This document shows positions 1 to 11,066 of a stretch of 64,000 nt of DNA, one piece after another. The DNA is from Ignavibacteriae bacterium HGW-Ignavibacteriae-1. Its GTDB lineage: Bacteria; Bacteroidota; Ignavibacteria; Kapaibacteriales; UBA2268. Every line of letters starts with the position of its first letter. The first letter of the stretch is position 1. Location of the stretch: assembly GCA_002839825.1 (NCBI GenBank), contig PGYU01000011.1:3218-67217 (forward strand). Reading direction: 5' to 3'. The notes beneath the pieces were generated by a model, which saw nothing but the letters and a program-made list of their open reading frames with translations, was not told where the DNA came from and did no database searches. Position numbers and translations under genes: made by a program.

Positions 1-1334
1 CTACTCACGATTGCCAGATTTGCCATTCTGATTTTTCTATCTTTCGATTCTTCGATAATAGACATATCGCGAACTTTGTCCAAATCATTATGGAAGTGCA
101 TACGGATTTTGTCGAGAAATTTGGCATTGATTTCGTAAATAATTTGCAAATGCCTTGGGAGTAATTTCTCAAACAAAGCAACTGACCACTTTTCCAGAGC
201 TTCGCTCAGCACGGTATGATTTGTATATGCAAATGACTTCTGGGTGATTTCCCATGCGACGTCCCAATGCAAATGCTCCTTGTCCAACAAAATTCGCATC
301 AATTCAACAATTGCGATCGCCGGATGTGTGTCATTCAATTGCATGGTGTTTTTTTCGGCAAAATTGGAGAAATCATCATGCTTGACCTTGAAACGCCTGA
401 TTATATCTTGCAATGAAGCGGAAACGAAGAAGTATTGCTGCTTGAGCCTGAGCTCCTTTCCTGCGACGGTATTATCATTAGGGTACAAAACTTTGGATAT
501 ATTTTCTGTTTCGTATTTATTTTCAACAGCTTTGATGTAATCGCCTTGGTTGAAAGAATGAAAATCAAAGTCCTTAGATGCTTTAGCTTCCCACAAGCGA
601 AGATTATTGCATGTATTATTGTTGTATCCCGGAATCGGAATATCATAAGCTACTGCGAGCACGTCGGTAGTGTCAATCCATTCGACCCATGTATTGCCGT
701 TTTGACGTTCTATCGTTTTGCCACCGAATTTGATAGGATAAGTATATTCCGGTCTCATAATTTCCCATGGACTACCGAAATGAAGCCAGTTATCGGGCTT
801 TTCGACTTGGTAGCCGTTAATTATATCTTGCTCGAAAATTCCGTATTCGTATCTGATGCCATATCCAAAAGCTGGCAGTTCCATAGTAGCCATCGAATCT
901 AAGAAACATGCCGCAAGTCTGCCCAAACCTCCGTTACCCAATCCCATGTCATGTTCGGCATCAACAATCTCGCCCAAATCATAACCCATTTCCTTGATTA
1001 TATTTTCTGCTTCTTCGTAAAAACCCATATTAATAAGTGTATTTCCTAATAGTCGTCCCATCAAAAATTCCATCGAAAGATAGTAAACTCTTTTGACATC
1101 GTTTTTGTAGTAATGATTCTGGGTCCGAAGCCATTTTCTAATCAACCGGTCTCGCACAGCCATAGCAACGGCTCGGTAAGTGTCTTCGAGCGTTGCTGTT
1201 GTTTTGTCCTTCACCATTCGGAATTCGAGATGCTCGGCAATCTGATTTCTGAGCGAATAGGTTTCGGGGTCTTGGTCATCCGTAAAAAAAATCGAATCGC
1301 TTTTTTTAGTAATTTGCTTCTTTGTCTTAGCCAT
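1..1334 (-). CDS. glgP: glycogen/starch phosphorylase, N-terminal part (runs off window start)
   Basis: Not in the ORF track. Minus strand from ATG at 1334 reads MAKTKKQITKK...; contains YYLSMEFLMGR, GLGNGGLGRLAACF, QLNDTHP and YTNHTVLSEALEKW. Confidence 0.93.
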   Translation of the reverse strand, partial: MAKTKKQITKKSDSIFFTDDQDPETYSLRNQIAEHLEFRMVKDKTTATLEDTYRAVAMAVRDRLIRKWLRTQNHYYKNDVKRVYYLSMEFLMGRLLGNTLINMGFYEEAENIIKEMGYDLGEIVDAEHDMGLGNGGLGRLAACFLDSMATMELPAFGYGIRYEYGIFEQDIINGYQVEKPDNWLHFGSPWEIMRPEYTYPIKFGGKTIERQNGNTWVEWIDTTDVLAVAYDIPIPGYNNNTCNNLRLWEAKASKDFDFHSFNQGDYIKAVENKYETENISKVLYPNDNTVAGKELRLKQQYFFVSASLQDIIRRFKVKHDDFSNFAEKNTMQLNDTHPAIAIVELMRILLDKEHLHWDVAWEITQKSFAYTNHTVLSEALEKWSVALFEKLLPRHLQIIYEINAKFLDKIRMHFHNDLDKVRDMSIIEESKDRKIRMANLAIVS

Positions 1335-1502
1335 TTAAATAAATCCATTTTTACATTATCAATATGAAATTATGTACGTATTTGGAACTAATTATTTTAA
1401 GGTAGCCGGTTCTTGATTTATAGTTGATTATAATTTTGATAATATTTGACTTTTTTTTTCGTCATACCTTAACTATGTTAATCATGTTGGAGAAATATAA
1501 TA

Positions 1503-2213
1503 TTGCTGTGGTATCAGGGAAAAGTCGTTGATATTATTAAAGAAACGCCAAGTATCAGAAGATTCTATATACAGGTGCCGGAGCTTGAAAGATATATTTT
1601 TCAAGCCGGGCAGCACATCAAAATCGAGTTTCCGTTCAACATTAAGAAGAACTATCGCCAATACTCGTTGGCGAATGCTCCGAACGGCTCGAATGTCTTT
1701 GAATTACTCATTGTCTTAGACCCAAACGGGTTGGCTACTAACTATTTGTTTAATGAAGTTGATATTGGAAGCACCTTGAAAGTTTCCGAACCAAGGGGAA
1801 GTTTCGTTCATAAACCCGATGCCGATAAGGACATTTGCTTTATATGCACGGGCGTGGGGCTCGCTCCGCTCAGGTCAATGTATTTGGATATTATCAAAAA
1901 CAAAATTCCGCATAGGCATATGTATTTGATTTTTGGTACTCGATACATGCACGACATGGTATATTTGGAGGAAATGGAAGAATTGACCCAACGAGGGGAT
2001 TTCACTTTTATTCCGGTTCTATCGCGCGAAACTTCAGACGAATGGGTTGGAAGACGTGGATATTTGCACCAAGTCTATAAAGAACTTTTTGCTGATAAGC
2101 CTCCTGTGGATTTCTATATTTGCGGATGGCGAGATATGGTGTCCGAAGCACGTCAAACTTTGCTTGACATGGGTTTCAGTCGCAAAAGTATCAATTTTGA
2201 ACGCTACAATTAA
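1503..2213 (+). CDS. FAD/NAD(P)-binding oxidoreductase (ferredoxin-NADP reductase family)
   Basis: RQYSLA FAD motif, ICTGVGLAP NAD motif, FYICG, C-terminal FERY. Confidence 0.85.
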   Translation: MLWYQGKVVDIIKETPSIRRFYIQVPELERYIFQAGQHIKIEFPFNIKKNYRQYSLANAPNGSNVFELLIVLDPNGLATNYLFNEVDIGSTLKVSEPRGSFVHKPDADKDICFICTGVGLAPLRSMYLDIIKNKIPHRHMYLIFGTRYMHDMVYLEEMEELTQRGDFTFIPVLSRETSDEWVGRRGYLHQVYKELFADKPPVDFYICGWRDMVSEARQTLLDMGFSRKSINFERYN

Positions 2214-2219
2214 ACGTTC

Positions 2220-3404
2220 ATGAATATAATATCAAATCAAACGGGAAGTGTGGGAATATACCTGCATTTCCCGTATTGCGTTCATAAATGCTCTTATTGC
2301 GATTTCTATTCCATCGAAAAGCTGTCGAGTCGCGATAAATTTGCCGAAGCTGCCGTAACGGAAATCAAGCTCCGAAATGAAGTTTTGGGAAGCAAGTTGA
2401 AAGTCGAAACCATCTTTTTCGGCGGCGGAACGCCTTCATTGATGAAACCCCAACACATGGAGCAAATTACTCAAGCATTGCACGATTGTTTCGATATGAG
2501 CCAATTGACTGAATGGACTATGGAATGCAACCCGGGCACTATAGATGCAAAATTTATTGCTGATTATAAGCAGTTCGGAGTTAACCGTATCAGCTTTGGG
2601 GTGCAATCTTTCAATCGCGAAGAACTCAAATTCTTAGAACGAATTCATGACGAGAAATCAATATACAACGCTGTCAATATCGCTCGTAAAGCAGGATTTG
2701 AAAATTTGAGCATAGATTTGATTTACGCAATTCCCGGGCAAACGCTCGATACTTGGAGTGATTCAATTGCTAAAGCATTGTCGCTCCAAACAGAACATAT
2801 TTCGGCTTATAGTTTGATTTACGAACCCGAAACACCGCTTTACGATAGATTCATTCGCGGAGAATTGAATGTGCATGACGAAGAGGTTGACCAAGACTTC
2901 TACGAACTCGCAGTCAAAAATTTCTCCAATTCGCATTACGAGCATTACGAAATTTCCAATTTTGCCAAAGAAGACTTCAAATGCCTTCATAATCTGAAAT
3001 ATTGGACGTCTGAAGATTATCTTGCTTACGGACCATCAGCTCACGGACTTTACAATAAGCAGCGATATTGGAACTTTCGCGACCTGGATAAATATTTCAA
3101 ACTGTTGGGCGAGGGTACGCTTCCAATAGAAAATTCGGAAGTATTGACCTTGGAACAACAAATCAATGAGCGAATATACTTGGATTTGCGTTCTGAAGGA
3201 TTGCGTTTCGAGTCTTTTGAGGATAAATTCGGCTTTGATTTACGAATTATAAGCAATCCATTCATAGAAAAATTAATTGCTGACGGATATGCTGAAAATA
3301 AAAGCTCAAATACACTCAAACTCACATCAAAAGGATATTTCATAAGTGATAGGATTACCATAGAGTTCATGAAATTTGCAGAGAAAAATCGTAAAATTTA
3401 TTAG
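2220..3404 (+). CDS. hemW: radical SAM heme chaperone HemW
   Basis: YLHFPYCVHKCSYCDF (CxxxCxxC), FFGGGTPS, YEISNF, HNLKYW. Confidence 0.9.
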   Translation: MNIISNQTGSVGIYLHFPYCVHKCSYCDFYSIEKLSSRDKFAEAAVTEIKLRNEVLGSKLKVETIFFGGGTPSLMKPQHMEQITQALHDCFDMSQLTEWTMECNPGTIDAKFIADYKQFGVNRISFGVQSFNREELKFLERIHDEKSIYNAVNIARKAGFENLSIDLIYAIPGQTLDTWSDSIAKALSLQTEHISAYSLIYEPETPLYDRFIRGELNVHDEEVDQDFYELAVKNFSNSHYEHYEISNFAKEDFKCLHNLKYWTSEDYLAYGPSAHGLYNKQRYWNFRDLDKYFKLLGEGTLPIENSEVLTLEQQINERIYLDLRSEGLRFESFEDKFGFDLRIISNPFIEKLIADGYAENKSSNTLKLTSKGYFISDRITIEFMKFAEKNRKIY

Positions 3405-3498
3405 AAATATTTTCAATTGTTAAGGTATCTTAACAATAAAGTTTTTAATTCTTTATATATTTGAACTTGATTTTTTCACAATTTAAAAAAAGATTTTT

Positions 3499-5748
3499 GT
3501 GGAATTAACTTTAATAATTGTCATCGTATTGCTCCTTTTAGCAGTCATCGATTTGACAGTCGGTGTCGCAAATGATGCAGTAAACTTCCTAAACTCAGCG
3601 TTAGGCTCCCGTGCCTCCACTTTCCGAGTTGCTATGATTGTAGCCGCTTTGGGTGTTTTGGTTGGTGTAACATTTTCGAGCGGGATGATGGAAATTGCCC
3701 GAAGCGGCATTTTCAACCCCCAATATTTTGGTCTGACAGAACTGCTGATAATCTTTGTAGCTCTGATGTTCCAGGATATTTTGCTCTTGGACTTATTCAA
3801 TACTTTCGGTCTCCCAACATCAACGACTGTATCCTTGGTTTTTGGATTGTTAGGTGCCGCAGTAGGTGTTGCAATCATCAAAGTCCTCCAATTAGGACAA
3901 GATTTATCATATGTAGTGGATTATATCAATACCGATTCTGTTTTGGTGATTATTTCCGCAATATTGCTATCAATCTTGTTTGCTTTTGTATTCGGATATG
4001 TTATCCAATATTTGACGAGATTATTATTTACATACAGTTATAAGGCAAATTTTCGCAAATTTGGTTCAGTCTGGAGCGGGTTGGCGCTTACTTCATTGTC
4101 CTTATTCATCCTGATAAAAGGTGCAAAAGGCGCTGCTTTTATTCCGCCTGATATTTCATCATGGATACAACAAAATCAATTAATATTATCTGCATATATG
4201 TTTGTCGCTTGGACAATGTTAATGCAACTATTGATGTGGTTTACAAAGGTAAATGTACTCAAGGTCATAGTATTAATCGGGACCTTTGCTCTTGCAATGG
4301 CTTTTGCAGCAAATGACTTAGTCAATTTTATAGGAGCACCGATTGCCGGGCTTCATGCTTATCAGTATTCACTCGAACATCCCAATATCGCAAATATGAC
4401 AATGGGAGTAATGTCTGAGCCGGTTAAAGTAGATACTGCTTTATTGCTATTAGCCGGTATAATCATGGTAATTACGCTTTTCGTGTCGCGCAAGGCAAGG
4501 AATGTCTCAAATACAACAATCGGGCTTGGCAGTCAAGAAGATAGTATTGAAAAATTTGAATCTAATTTGATTGCACGTAATATAGTACGGTTATTCATTG
4601 CCATAGGAAACGGATTAAAATTCATTACTCCAACTTTTGTCAATAGGTGGATTCAGAGCAGATTTGATTTATCAAAATACAAACCTGAATTGGACGAAAA
4701 CGGCATGCCACCTGCATTTGACTTGTTGCGCGCAGCTGTGATTTTGATGGTTTCTGCAGGTTTAATTTCTTTAGCCACCTCTATGAAATTGCCTCTTTCT
4801 ACTACATATGTCACTTTCATAGTTGCTATGTCTGCTGCACTTTCCGACAAATCGTGGGGTCGAGAATCTGCCGTATATAGAGTTTCGGGTGTTGTTACTG
4901 TAATCGGGGGTTGGTTCTTAACAGCTCTCTCTGCATTCTTAATGTCGGGTATTATAGCTTCGATTATTTTCTTTGGCGAACTTTATGCAATTTTTGGTTT
5001 TATCGGCTTGATTGCATTTACATTCTTCAGAACCGGAAAATTCCGCAAAGATAGTGATTTGAAAGACGAAGCTTTGCTTTCGATGATTAGCTACACAAAC
5101 GAAGCAACGTCTATATTGATTAAGAATACATTCAATAATATATCTAACAATATCGGCAAATTGAAAACTATCATGAATTTGTCTTATTCCGGATTACTTG
5201 CTTCAAATTTGAAAAATTTGAAAAAGAGTATGGTTGAAGCAGGCGAACACGATAAAAATTGCCAAATGCTAATTAAAAACATTCTGAAACAATTATATAA
5301 GAATAAAGAATCAGAAATTTCCGAAGTTTACAATTTTTCAACATCCCTAATAAGTTTGCAGGATTTAGCAGACAGAGTAGTACTGCTTTCCAAGCAAAAT
5401 CATAAATATATTGACAACAATCACCATAAGTTTACTCCCGAGCAAATAACCGAAATCGGTGGACTAATCAAAGGGTTGAATAAATTAATTGACGGGTCGT
5501 TAAAGTATTTGGATACTTTCGACCTAAAAATCATGAAAGAACTCGAAATTCAACATGCTTTGAATGAAGCTGAAATGAAAAAGTTGTCCAAAATCCAATA
5601 TTATAGGATTAAAGAAGCATCGGGTCAGTACAAAAAATCTATGCTTTACTTGAATATACTGAGCGACGTTGATTTCATTGGCGATAAAATTCTCTATATC
5701 GTGAAATCTGCTGCAACGCTTAACGATAAAATTGCAAAGCAAAATTAA
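3499..5748 (+). CDS. inorganic phosphate transporter (PiT/PHO4 family) with C-terminal helical PhoU-like region
   Basis: GVANDAVNF, GLPTSTT, AANDLVNF, LPLSTT signatures; many TM helices. Confidence 0.88.
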   Translation: MELTLIIVIVLLLLAVIDLTVGVANDAVNFLNSALGSRASTFRVAMIVAALGVLVGVTFSSGMMEIARSGIFNPQYFGLTELLIIFVALMFQDILLLDLFNTFGLPTSTTVSLVFGLLGAAVGVAIIKVLQLGQDLSYVVDYINTDSVLVIISAILLSILFAFVFGYVIQYLTRLLFTYSYKANFRKFGSVWSGLALTSLSLFILIKGAKGAAFIPPDISSWIQQNQLILSAYMFVAWTMLMQLLMWFTKVNVLKVIVLIGTFALAMAFAANDLVNFIGAPIAGLHAYQYSLEHPNIANMTMGVMSEPVKVDTALLLLAGIIMVITLFVSRKARNVSNTTIGLGSQEDSIEKFESNLIARNIVRLFIAIGNGLKFITPTFVNRWIQSRFDLSKYKPELDENGMPPAFDLLRAAVILMVSAGLISLATSMKLPLSTTYVTFIVAMSAALSDKSWGRESAVYRVSGVVTVIGGWFLTALSAFLMSGIIASIIFFGELYAIFGFIGLIAFTFFRTGKFRKDSDLKDEALLSMISYTNEATSILIKNTFNNISNNIGKLKTIMNLSYSGLLASNLKNLKKSMVEAGEHDKNCQMLIKNILKQLYKNKESEISEVYNFSTSLISLQDLADRVVLLSKQNHKYIDNNHHKFTPEQITEIGGLIKGLNKLIDGSLKYLDTFDLKIMKELEIQHALNEAEMKKLSKIQYYRIKEASGQYKKSMLYLNILSDVDFIGDKILYIVKSAATLNDKIAKQN

Positions 5749-5758
5749 AATTGTATTT

Positions 5759-8374
5759 CTATACAATTTCTCGGTTAATGCTCAGAACAACTGATTTGCC
5801 GTCGTATTCGATAATTGCGGCATTGATTTCTACTTTAAAAATTGTTCCGTCCGAACGTTTTTGAGTTGTAACAAATCTATGCTTTTCGTTGCTGCGGAAT
5901 GTTCGCGAAATCTGAGTTTTTCCATGACTTACATCTGTCGAAATTTCCTCGAGTGACATTCCTATGAATTGCGCTTTTTCAATGCCGTACATTTCTGTGG
6001 CTTTGCGATTGACGTCAAGCACGATTTCGTTGTTTGGTTCAAATATTATAATAGCATCTTGAGCAAGCTCGAAAATACTCCGATATTTGTTTTCAGATAG
6101 TCTGAGCGCTTCTTCTATTCGTTTTTGCTTTGTGATGTCACGTCCGGCATATAGCGTTTCTGCGGCGCCATCAGAAGTAATATAGCTTGTGCATGCCCAT
6201 GAAAACCACCTCCAGCCGTATTTTGTCATAGCACGATGATCCGAATTGACACTACATGGTTTTGACGAATTCAATGCAACGAGCGATTCTTCAAGCCCGG
6301 TTTTATCATCGGGATGAATTTGATATTCGTATTTGGTGCCGATAATTTCCAATTCATCTACATCAAACAAGTCGCAAAAAGAAGGACTAAGATAGCTTAC
6401 AACTCCGCTGTCATCCTTAGTTATCAATAAATCGCTTTGGTGCTCGAGCAGCTTCTTGAACTTCTCGGCGCTCTCGCTTTGCTCTTGTTGGCGAATTTTT
6501 TGTTCGCCGATGTCTTCAATTCGTCCAATAAGAAATGCTTTGTTATTAGCTTTATCAATAATGTATGTATGAGTGTCTCTGATGCTCTTATATTTGCCGG
6601 ATTTTGTTTTTATCCGGTATTCTAAGTGAGAAGTCGTTTCGTTGAAATCATTTCGCAAATTGGGAGAAAGATGAAAATTTTGAAAATGATTAATATCTTC
6701 AGGATGTATCAAAGCAAATATTTCCGCATCGGTCAGTCGCATAAACTCTTCGGGAGTATATCCCAATATTTTTATTACATAATGACTGATATAAACGTAT
6801 CTGCCGCTTACAAGGTTCTTCTTGTAGATGATTTGATTGGTGAAGCTCAAAATTTCTTTCAGCATTGTAACTTCATGAAAGTCATGCTCAGGATTTTTAT
6901 ATTGTTCACTTATATCTTCAAAAAAGTAATAAATTGCCGGTTTGCCACCTTCCGACAATTTAAATTGCACACTTGCGGCAACTTTGTCAATACCATCAAT
7001 CGTTCTGAATCTTGTTTCATTCTTAATAGGTTCGGGGCTGTTATTCAATAAATTCGTCCGAATTTCAGATTCAAACACATCTTTATCTATCACAAAGGAA
7101 GTATTTTCGTTGAAATAATTTGATTGCAAATCCCAGATATACTCTCCAAGTGCTGATTCTGATTCTAAACCTGAAAGCTTTTCGATGCTTTTGTTCCAAT
7201 GGGTGATTTTTCCCATATCATCAATCCTCATGAAGCCCTTGTCGAAATGCTCAATCAAAGTATCAATCGCCGAGCATCTATGCTGCAAATTCACGTATTC
7301 ATCATAATAATCATCAATATCAATCATTACGCCAGCCAACATCGAAGGATTGCCCAATTCATCATTTGCGATTACCATCAATTTTATTTCAATCCATTTC
7401 CAATCGTTTTTGAGAAGCACCCTCAACTTAGTTGAAAAAATGCCCTTTGGAGTGCTCAAATATTTGTCGAAATCTGCGATTGCATCCGTATAAACATCAG
7501 AATCCATGAAATTTTTCAAAGTATTACGCGAAATTTTTCGATTCTTAATCAAATCACTTGAGTGGTCTGAACGAGTATTTTTGTAATAAACGGTGTCTTT
7601 TATCAAATCGTACTTGAAATACGCATTCACGGATAATTTCAGGAGTGATTCGTAGAACTCTTTTGTCAATCTTGCATGTTCGTTTTCTAAAACAAGGTCG
7701 GAAATCAATGTGATAAAAGCATGAACAATAGCCGAGCTGCCTTCGACAGACTCAAATGTCAGCCGATTCCTTACGTAATAAACTTTGTTGCTTTTGCTGA
7801 TGATTCTGTGGTCAACTATGATGCCTATATTATCAGATTTTTCGAGTGATTTGACTCTCTTCAGGAAATCCTTGTAATCATCGGGATGGATGAGCTCCGC
7901 CAAATCATCACCGGCGCCAAATTCGGTCAAATGGTTAAATTCATCGCTACATTCGGTAAGTTTAGCTGTTGAAATATCGAAAGCATAGTGATACAAAAAG
8001 CCCAAATTGTGTGCTATTGGCAGTGCCTCACTGTCGGATTTAGAGTCAAGGGAGATAATTAGCAAAAGGCTGTCCTCTTTTTCCCATGTGATTGATTGGC
8101 AACTGAAATGCTTCTTGTTGTCAATTTTGAAGAGTCTCATGATTTCATTTTTGTCGAAATCGCCCGAGTAATCATGCTGAATTTGGAAACCTTTGGGAAA
8201 TTTTGTCTTCAGATATTTTTTGGCAGCATTGTTCGCAAAGGTTATCTTCATTTCCTTGTTAATGACAATGACGGCAGTAGAAAGCTGCTCCGCCAGATTC
8301 ATGAACGTTGTTTCTGAATGAGTCTCGTTTTCCTGAGTAACTTCATGAGCCGATTTTATATTTTGCTTAGCCAT
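5759..8374 (-). CDS. multi-PAS domain protein with no recognisable output domain
   Basis: Repeated IHPDD/IHPED PAS-PAC motifs, GRDIT, SENKYRSIFE; ends right after the last PAS. Confidence 0.8.
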   Translation of the reverse strand: MAKQNIKSAHEVTQENETHSETTFMNLAEQLSTAVIVINKEMKITFANNAAKKYLKTKFPKGFQIQHDYSGDFDKNEIMRLFKIDNKKHFSCQSITWEKEDSLLLIISLDSKSDSEALPIAHNLGFLYHYAFDISTAKLTECSDEFNHLTEFGAGDDLAELIHPDDYKDFLKRVKSLEKSDNIGIIVDHRIISKSNKVYYVRNRLTFESVEGSSAIVHAFITLISDLVLENEHARLTKEFYESLLKLSVNAYFKYDLIKDTVYYKNTRSDHSSDLIKNRKISRNTLKNFMDSDVYTDAIADFDKYLSTPKGIFSTKLRVLLKNDWKWIEIKLMVIANDELGNPSMLAGVMIDIDDYYDEYVNLQHRCSAIDTLIEHFDKGFMRIDDMGKITHWNKSIEKLSGLESESALGEYIWDLQSNYFNENTSFVIDKDVFESEIRTNLLNNSPEPIKNETRFRTIDGIDKVAASVQFKLSEGGKPAIYYFFEDISEQYKNPEHDFHEVTMLKEILSFTNQIIYKKNLVSGRYVYISHYVIKILGYTPEEFMRLTDAEIFALIHPEDINHFQNFHLSPNLRNDFNETTSHLEYRIKTKSGKYKSIRDTHTYIIDKANNKAFLIGRIEDIGEQKIRQQEQSESAEKFKKLLEHQSDLLITKDDSGVVSYLSPSFCDLFDVDELEIIGTKYEYQIHPDDKTGLEESLVALNSSKPCSVNSDHRAMTKYGWRWFSWACTSYITSDGAAETLYAGRDITKQKRIEEALRLSENKYRSIFELAQDAIIIFEPNNEIVLDVNRKATEMYGIEKAQFIGMSLEEISTDVSHGKTQISRTFRSNEKHRFVTTQKRSDGTIFKVEINAAIIEYDGKSVVLSINREIV

Positions 8375-8499
8375 TTTGAAATCTCGTTAATTTAATATCT
8401 AAATATAACTATTTGTTTATAATCTAAAAAATGAAAAACATCAAAATATGTTAGTAATCGTTACTTTTGCTTATAATATATAAACAAAATTGAAGTATA

Positions 8500-9765
8500 A
8501 TGGATAAATTTGTAATTGAGGGCGGAAATAGATTAAAAGGGTCGGTAAAAATTGCCGGAGCGAAAAACGGAGCTTTGGCTTTGATACCTGCAACTTTGTT
8601 AGCACCGGGCATCTACAATATTTCAAACACACCGGATTTGAAAGACGTATGGACAATGACGCGTCTGATGGGAGCGCTCGGAGTATTTTGCGAACTTAAT
8701 AATGGCGAACTTTTCATTGATGCTCGCGAAATCACCCAATTGGTAGCACCATACGAGCATGTCAAGAAAATGAGAGCATCGTTTTACGTGCTTGGTCCGC
8801 TTGTGGCGCGATACGGCGAAGCAAAAGTATCATTGCCGGGCGGCTGTGCATGGGGTCCGCGACCTGTTGATTTGCATATCAAAGGTATCGAAAAATTAGG
8901 TGCTGAAATCACATTAGACCAAGGCTATGTAATTGCAAAAAGCAATGGCAGACTTAAAGCTTGCAAATTTCATTTCGATATATCGAGTGTTGGCGCTACG
9001 GGCAATGTATTGATGGCGGCGACTCTTGCAAAAGGCACTTCTGTACTTACAAATTGCGCCATCGAACCTGAAATTACAGCATTAGCAAAAATGCTCATCA
9101 AAATGGGTGCAAAAATTGACGGTATCGGAACAACGGAATTGATAATCGAAGGTGTGGACGAACTCAAGCCTGTAAACGAAGAGACTATTCCTGACCGTAT
9201 CGAAGCTGCGACATATTTGATTGCAGCCGCAATGACAATGGGTGAAATTCAACTCGAAAATGTCAATCCATATCATCTTACATCTGTAATTGCGAAATTA
9301 GAGGAAGCAGGTTGCGAAATGGATATTAATTCCAACAAAATCTACCTCAAAGCCGATGCTCCGCCCAAGCCTGTTGATTTGGTTACAGAAGTCTATCCGG
9401 GCATTCCGACCGATATTCAAGCACAATGGACTTCGTATATGCTAACTGCCGAAGGCACATCCAAAGTGACCGATAATATTTATCAAGACCGATTCAAACA
9501 TATTCCCGAATTAGTGCGATTGGGAGCGAAAATTGACATCGTTGACAATGCGGCGATTATTTCCGGAGGCGAGAAGCTCTCCGGTGCGACTGTAATGAGC
9601 TCAGATTTGCGTGGAAGTGCATCTTTGATATTGGCGGCTCTTGTAGCCAAAGGCACTACAGAAGTGCTCAGAATCTATCATTTGGATAGAGGCTACGACA
9701 ATATCGAACAGAAACTCAGAAAGCTGGGCGCTGTGATTGAACGCCATCAGACAGAGTTAGTCTAA
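8500..9765 (+). CDS. murA: UDP-N-acetylglucosamine 1-carboxyvinyltransferase
   Basis: GAKN, MRAS, LPGGCAWGPRPVDLH (catalytic Cys), PDRIEA, LDRGY. Confidence 0.97.
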   Translation: MDKFVIEGGNRLKGSVKIAGAKNGALALIPATLLAPGIYNISNTPDLKDVWTMTRLMGALGVFCELNNGELFIDAREITQLVAPYEHVKKMRASFYVLGPLVARYGEAKVSLPGGCAWGPRPVDLHIKGIEKLGAEITLDQGYVIAKSNGRLKACKFHFDISSVGATGNVLMAATLAKGTSVLTNCAIEPEITALAKMLIKMGAKIDGIGTTELIIEGVDELKPVNEETIPDRIEAATYLIAAAMTMGEIQLENVNPYHLTSVIAKLEEAGCEMDINSNKIYLKADAPPKPVDLVTEVYPGIPTDIQAQWTSYMLTAEGTSKVTDNIYQDRFKHIPELVRLGAKIDIVDNAAIISGGEKLSGATVMSSDLRGSASLILAALVAKGTTEVLRIYHLDRGYDNIEQKLRKLGAVIERHQTELV

Positions 9766-11013
9766 AAAGAACAAAGTCCATAAATATATTAAACTGAATC
9801 CGGTCAAGAAGACCATACCGGCAATGGCGAGTATTCGGAGCCAGAGCGGTGGTTTGCCTTGTTCGGGGAAATATTTTGTAGTAACGACTTTATAGTTGAA
9901 GAATGCTAAAATTGGTGCTGCCAGAAATGACACAATCGTTGCTACATCCATCATCAATTTCATATTCTTAGCGAAAAAGCTGACAATGATAAGTCCCAAA
10001 ACACTAATTGTTATCATAATTGCGAAGTAAACATTTAGCTCTAATTGGTTGATTCGTTTGCTCAACAAGAACAAACTCCCGGTAATAGCTCGCGGATAGC
10101 CATCCATAACAGTCAACAATGAACTAAAAATTGTGATGAATGCAGCGGGAGCAATTATTACAGCACTCCAGGAGCCGAATAATTTGGTATAGAGACTAAT
10201 GAGCTGTTGTGCAAAAACCGCCCCCGAATTAGAAAATTGAATCCCCGTGCCATACATCAAAGTTGCACCGAGGGTCAAAAAGAAAATCGCCAACAATGTT
10301 GTACCAATATAGCCGATATGAAAATCAATAAGCGACTCTTTCAATGTAGGGATATACTTCTTTTGCTTGCTCCTGCTCAATGTCCAAAGCGAAGTCCACG
10401 AAGACAATTCAATGGGCGCAGGCATCCATCCCATCAATGCGATGATAAATATTATTCCGCCTTTGGTATATAAATCCATAGGTGTAAAATCAGGTGGAAT
10501 ATTTTGTCCTCTGTCAATCGCCAACAAAAAGGCTATAAAAGTGCAAACTCCAAGCAGAAAAACCATGATTTTCATCAATTTATCAAGTGCAGGATATTTG
10601 CCGATTACTAATAACAAGAAGCACAAAAGCACCAATCCGATACTCATCATCAAAGGGTCAATTCCACCTCCGAAAATATATCCGGCAAGCCCCGAACTAA
10701 CTAAGGCAAGTGCAGCAAGATTGATTACACCCGTGATGACGGACAAAATGGTAAATGCTATCAATATCCATCTGCCCATGTCATTGTAACCTTCGAGCAA
10801 ACTCCTGCCTGTTGACGCAGTATATCTGTAGCTGAATTCAAAAAAGGGATATTTGAATAAGTTTGCCATTATTACAATCCATAGCAATGTAAATCCGTAA
10901 TCGGCTCCTGCTCGAGTAGATTGTACTAGGTGCGAACCGCCGATTGCGGCTCCGGCAAACAAAATTCCGGGTCCAATAGTCTTGAGAATGCCAGTGATTT
11001 TTTCTTTGTTCAT
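9757..11013 (-). CDS. NRAMP-like divalent metal transporter
   Basis: GPGILFAGAAIGGSHLVQSTRAGA and MGWMPAP motifs; about 11 TM helices; start taken at MNKEK. Confidence 0.8.
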   Translation of the reverse strand: MNKEKITGILKTIGPGILFAGAAIGGSHLVQSTRAGADYGFTLLWIVIMANLFKYPFFEFSYRYTASTGRSLLEGYNDMGRWILIAFTILSVITGVINLAALALVSSGLAGYIFGGGIDPLMMSIGLVLLCFLLLVIGKYPALDKLMKIMVFLLGVCTFIAFLLAIDRGQNIPPDFTPMDLYTKGGIIFIIALMGWMPAPIELSSWTSLWTLSRSKQKKYIPTLKESLIDFHIGYIGTTLLAIFFLTLGATLMYGTGIQFSNSGAVFAQQLISLYTKLFGSWSAVIIAPAAFITIFSSLLTVMDGYPRAITGSLFLLSKRINQLELNVYFAIMITISVLGLIIVSFFAKNMKLMMDVATIVSFLAAPILAFFNYKVVTTKYFPEQGKPPLWLRILAIAGMVFLTGFSLIYLWTLFFLD

Positions 11014-11066
11014 GCTTACCATCATTTTTTTACAATGCAAAAATAGCAGAATAACACTACAAAATT

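Noticed and set aside
244-1367. Plus-strand ORFs 244-540, 435-902 and 1113-1367
   Set aside because: Antisense shadows of glgP.
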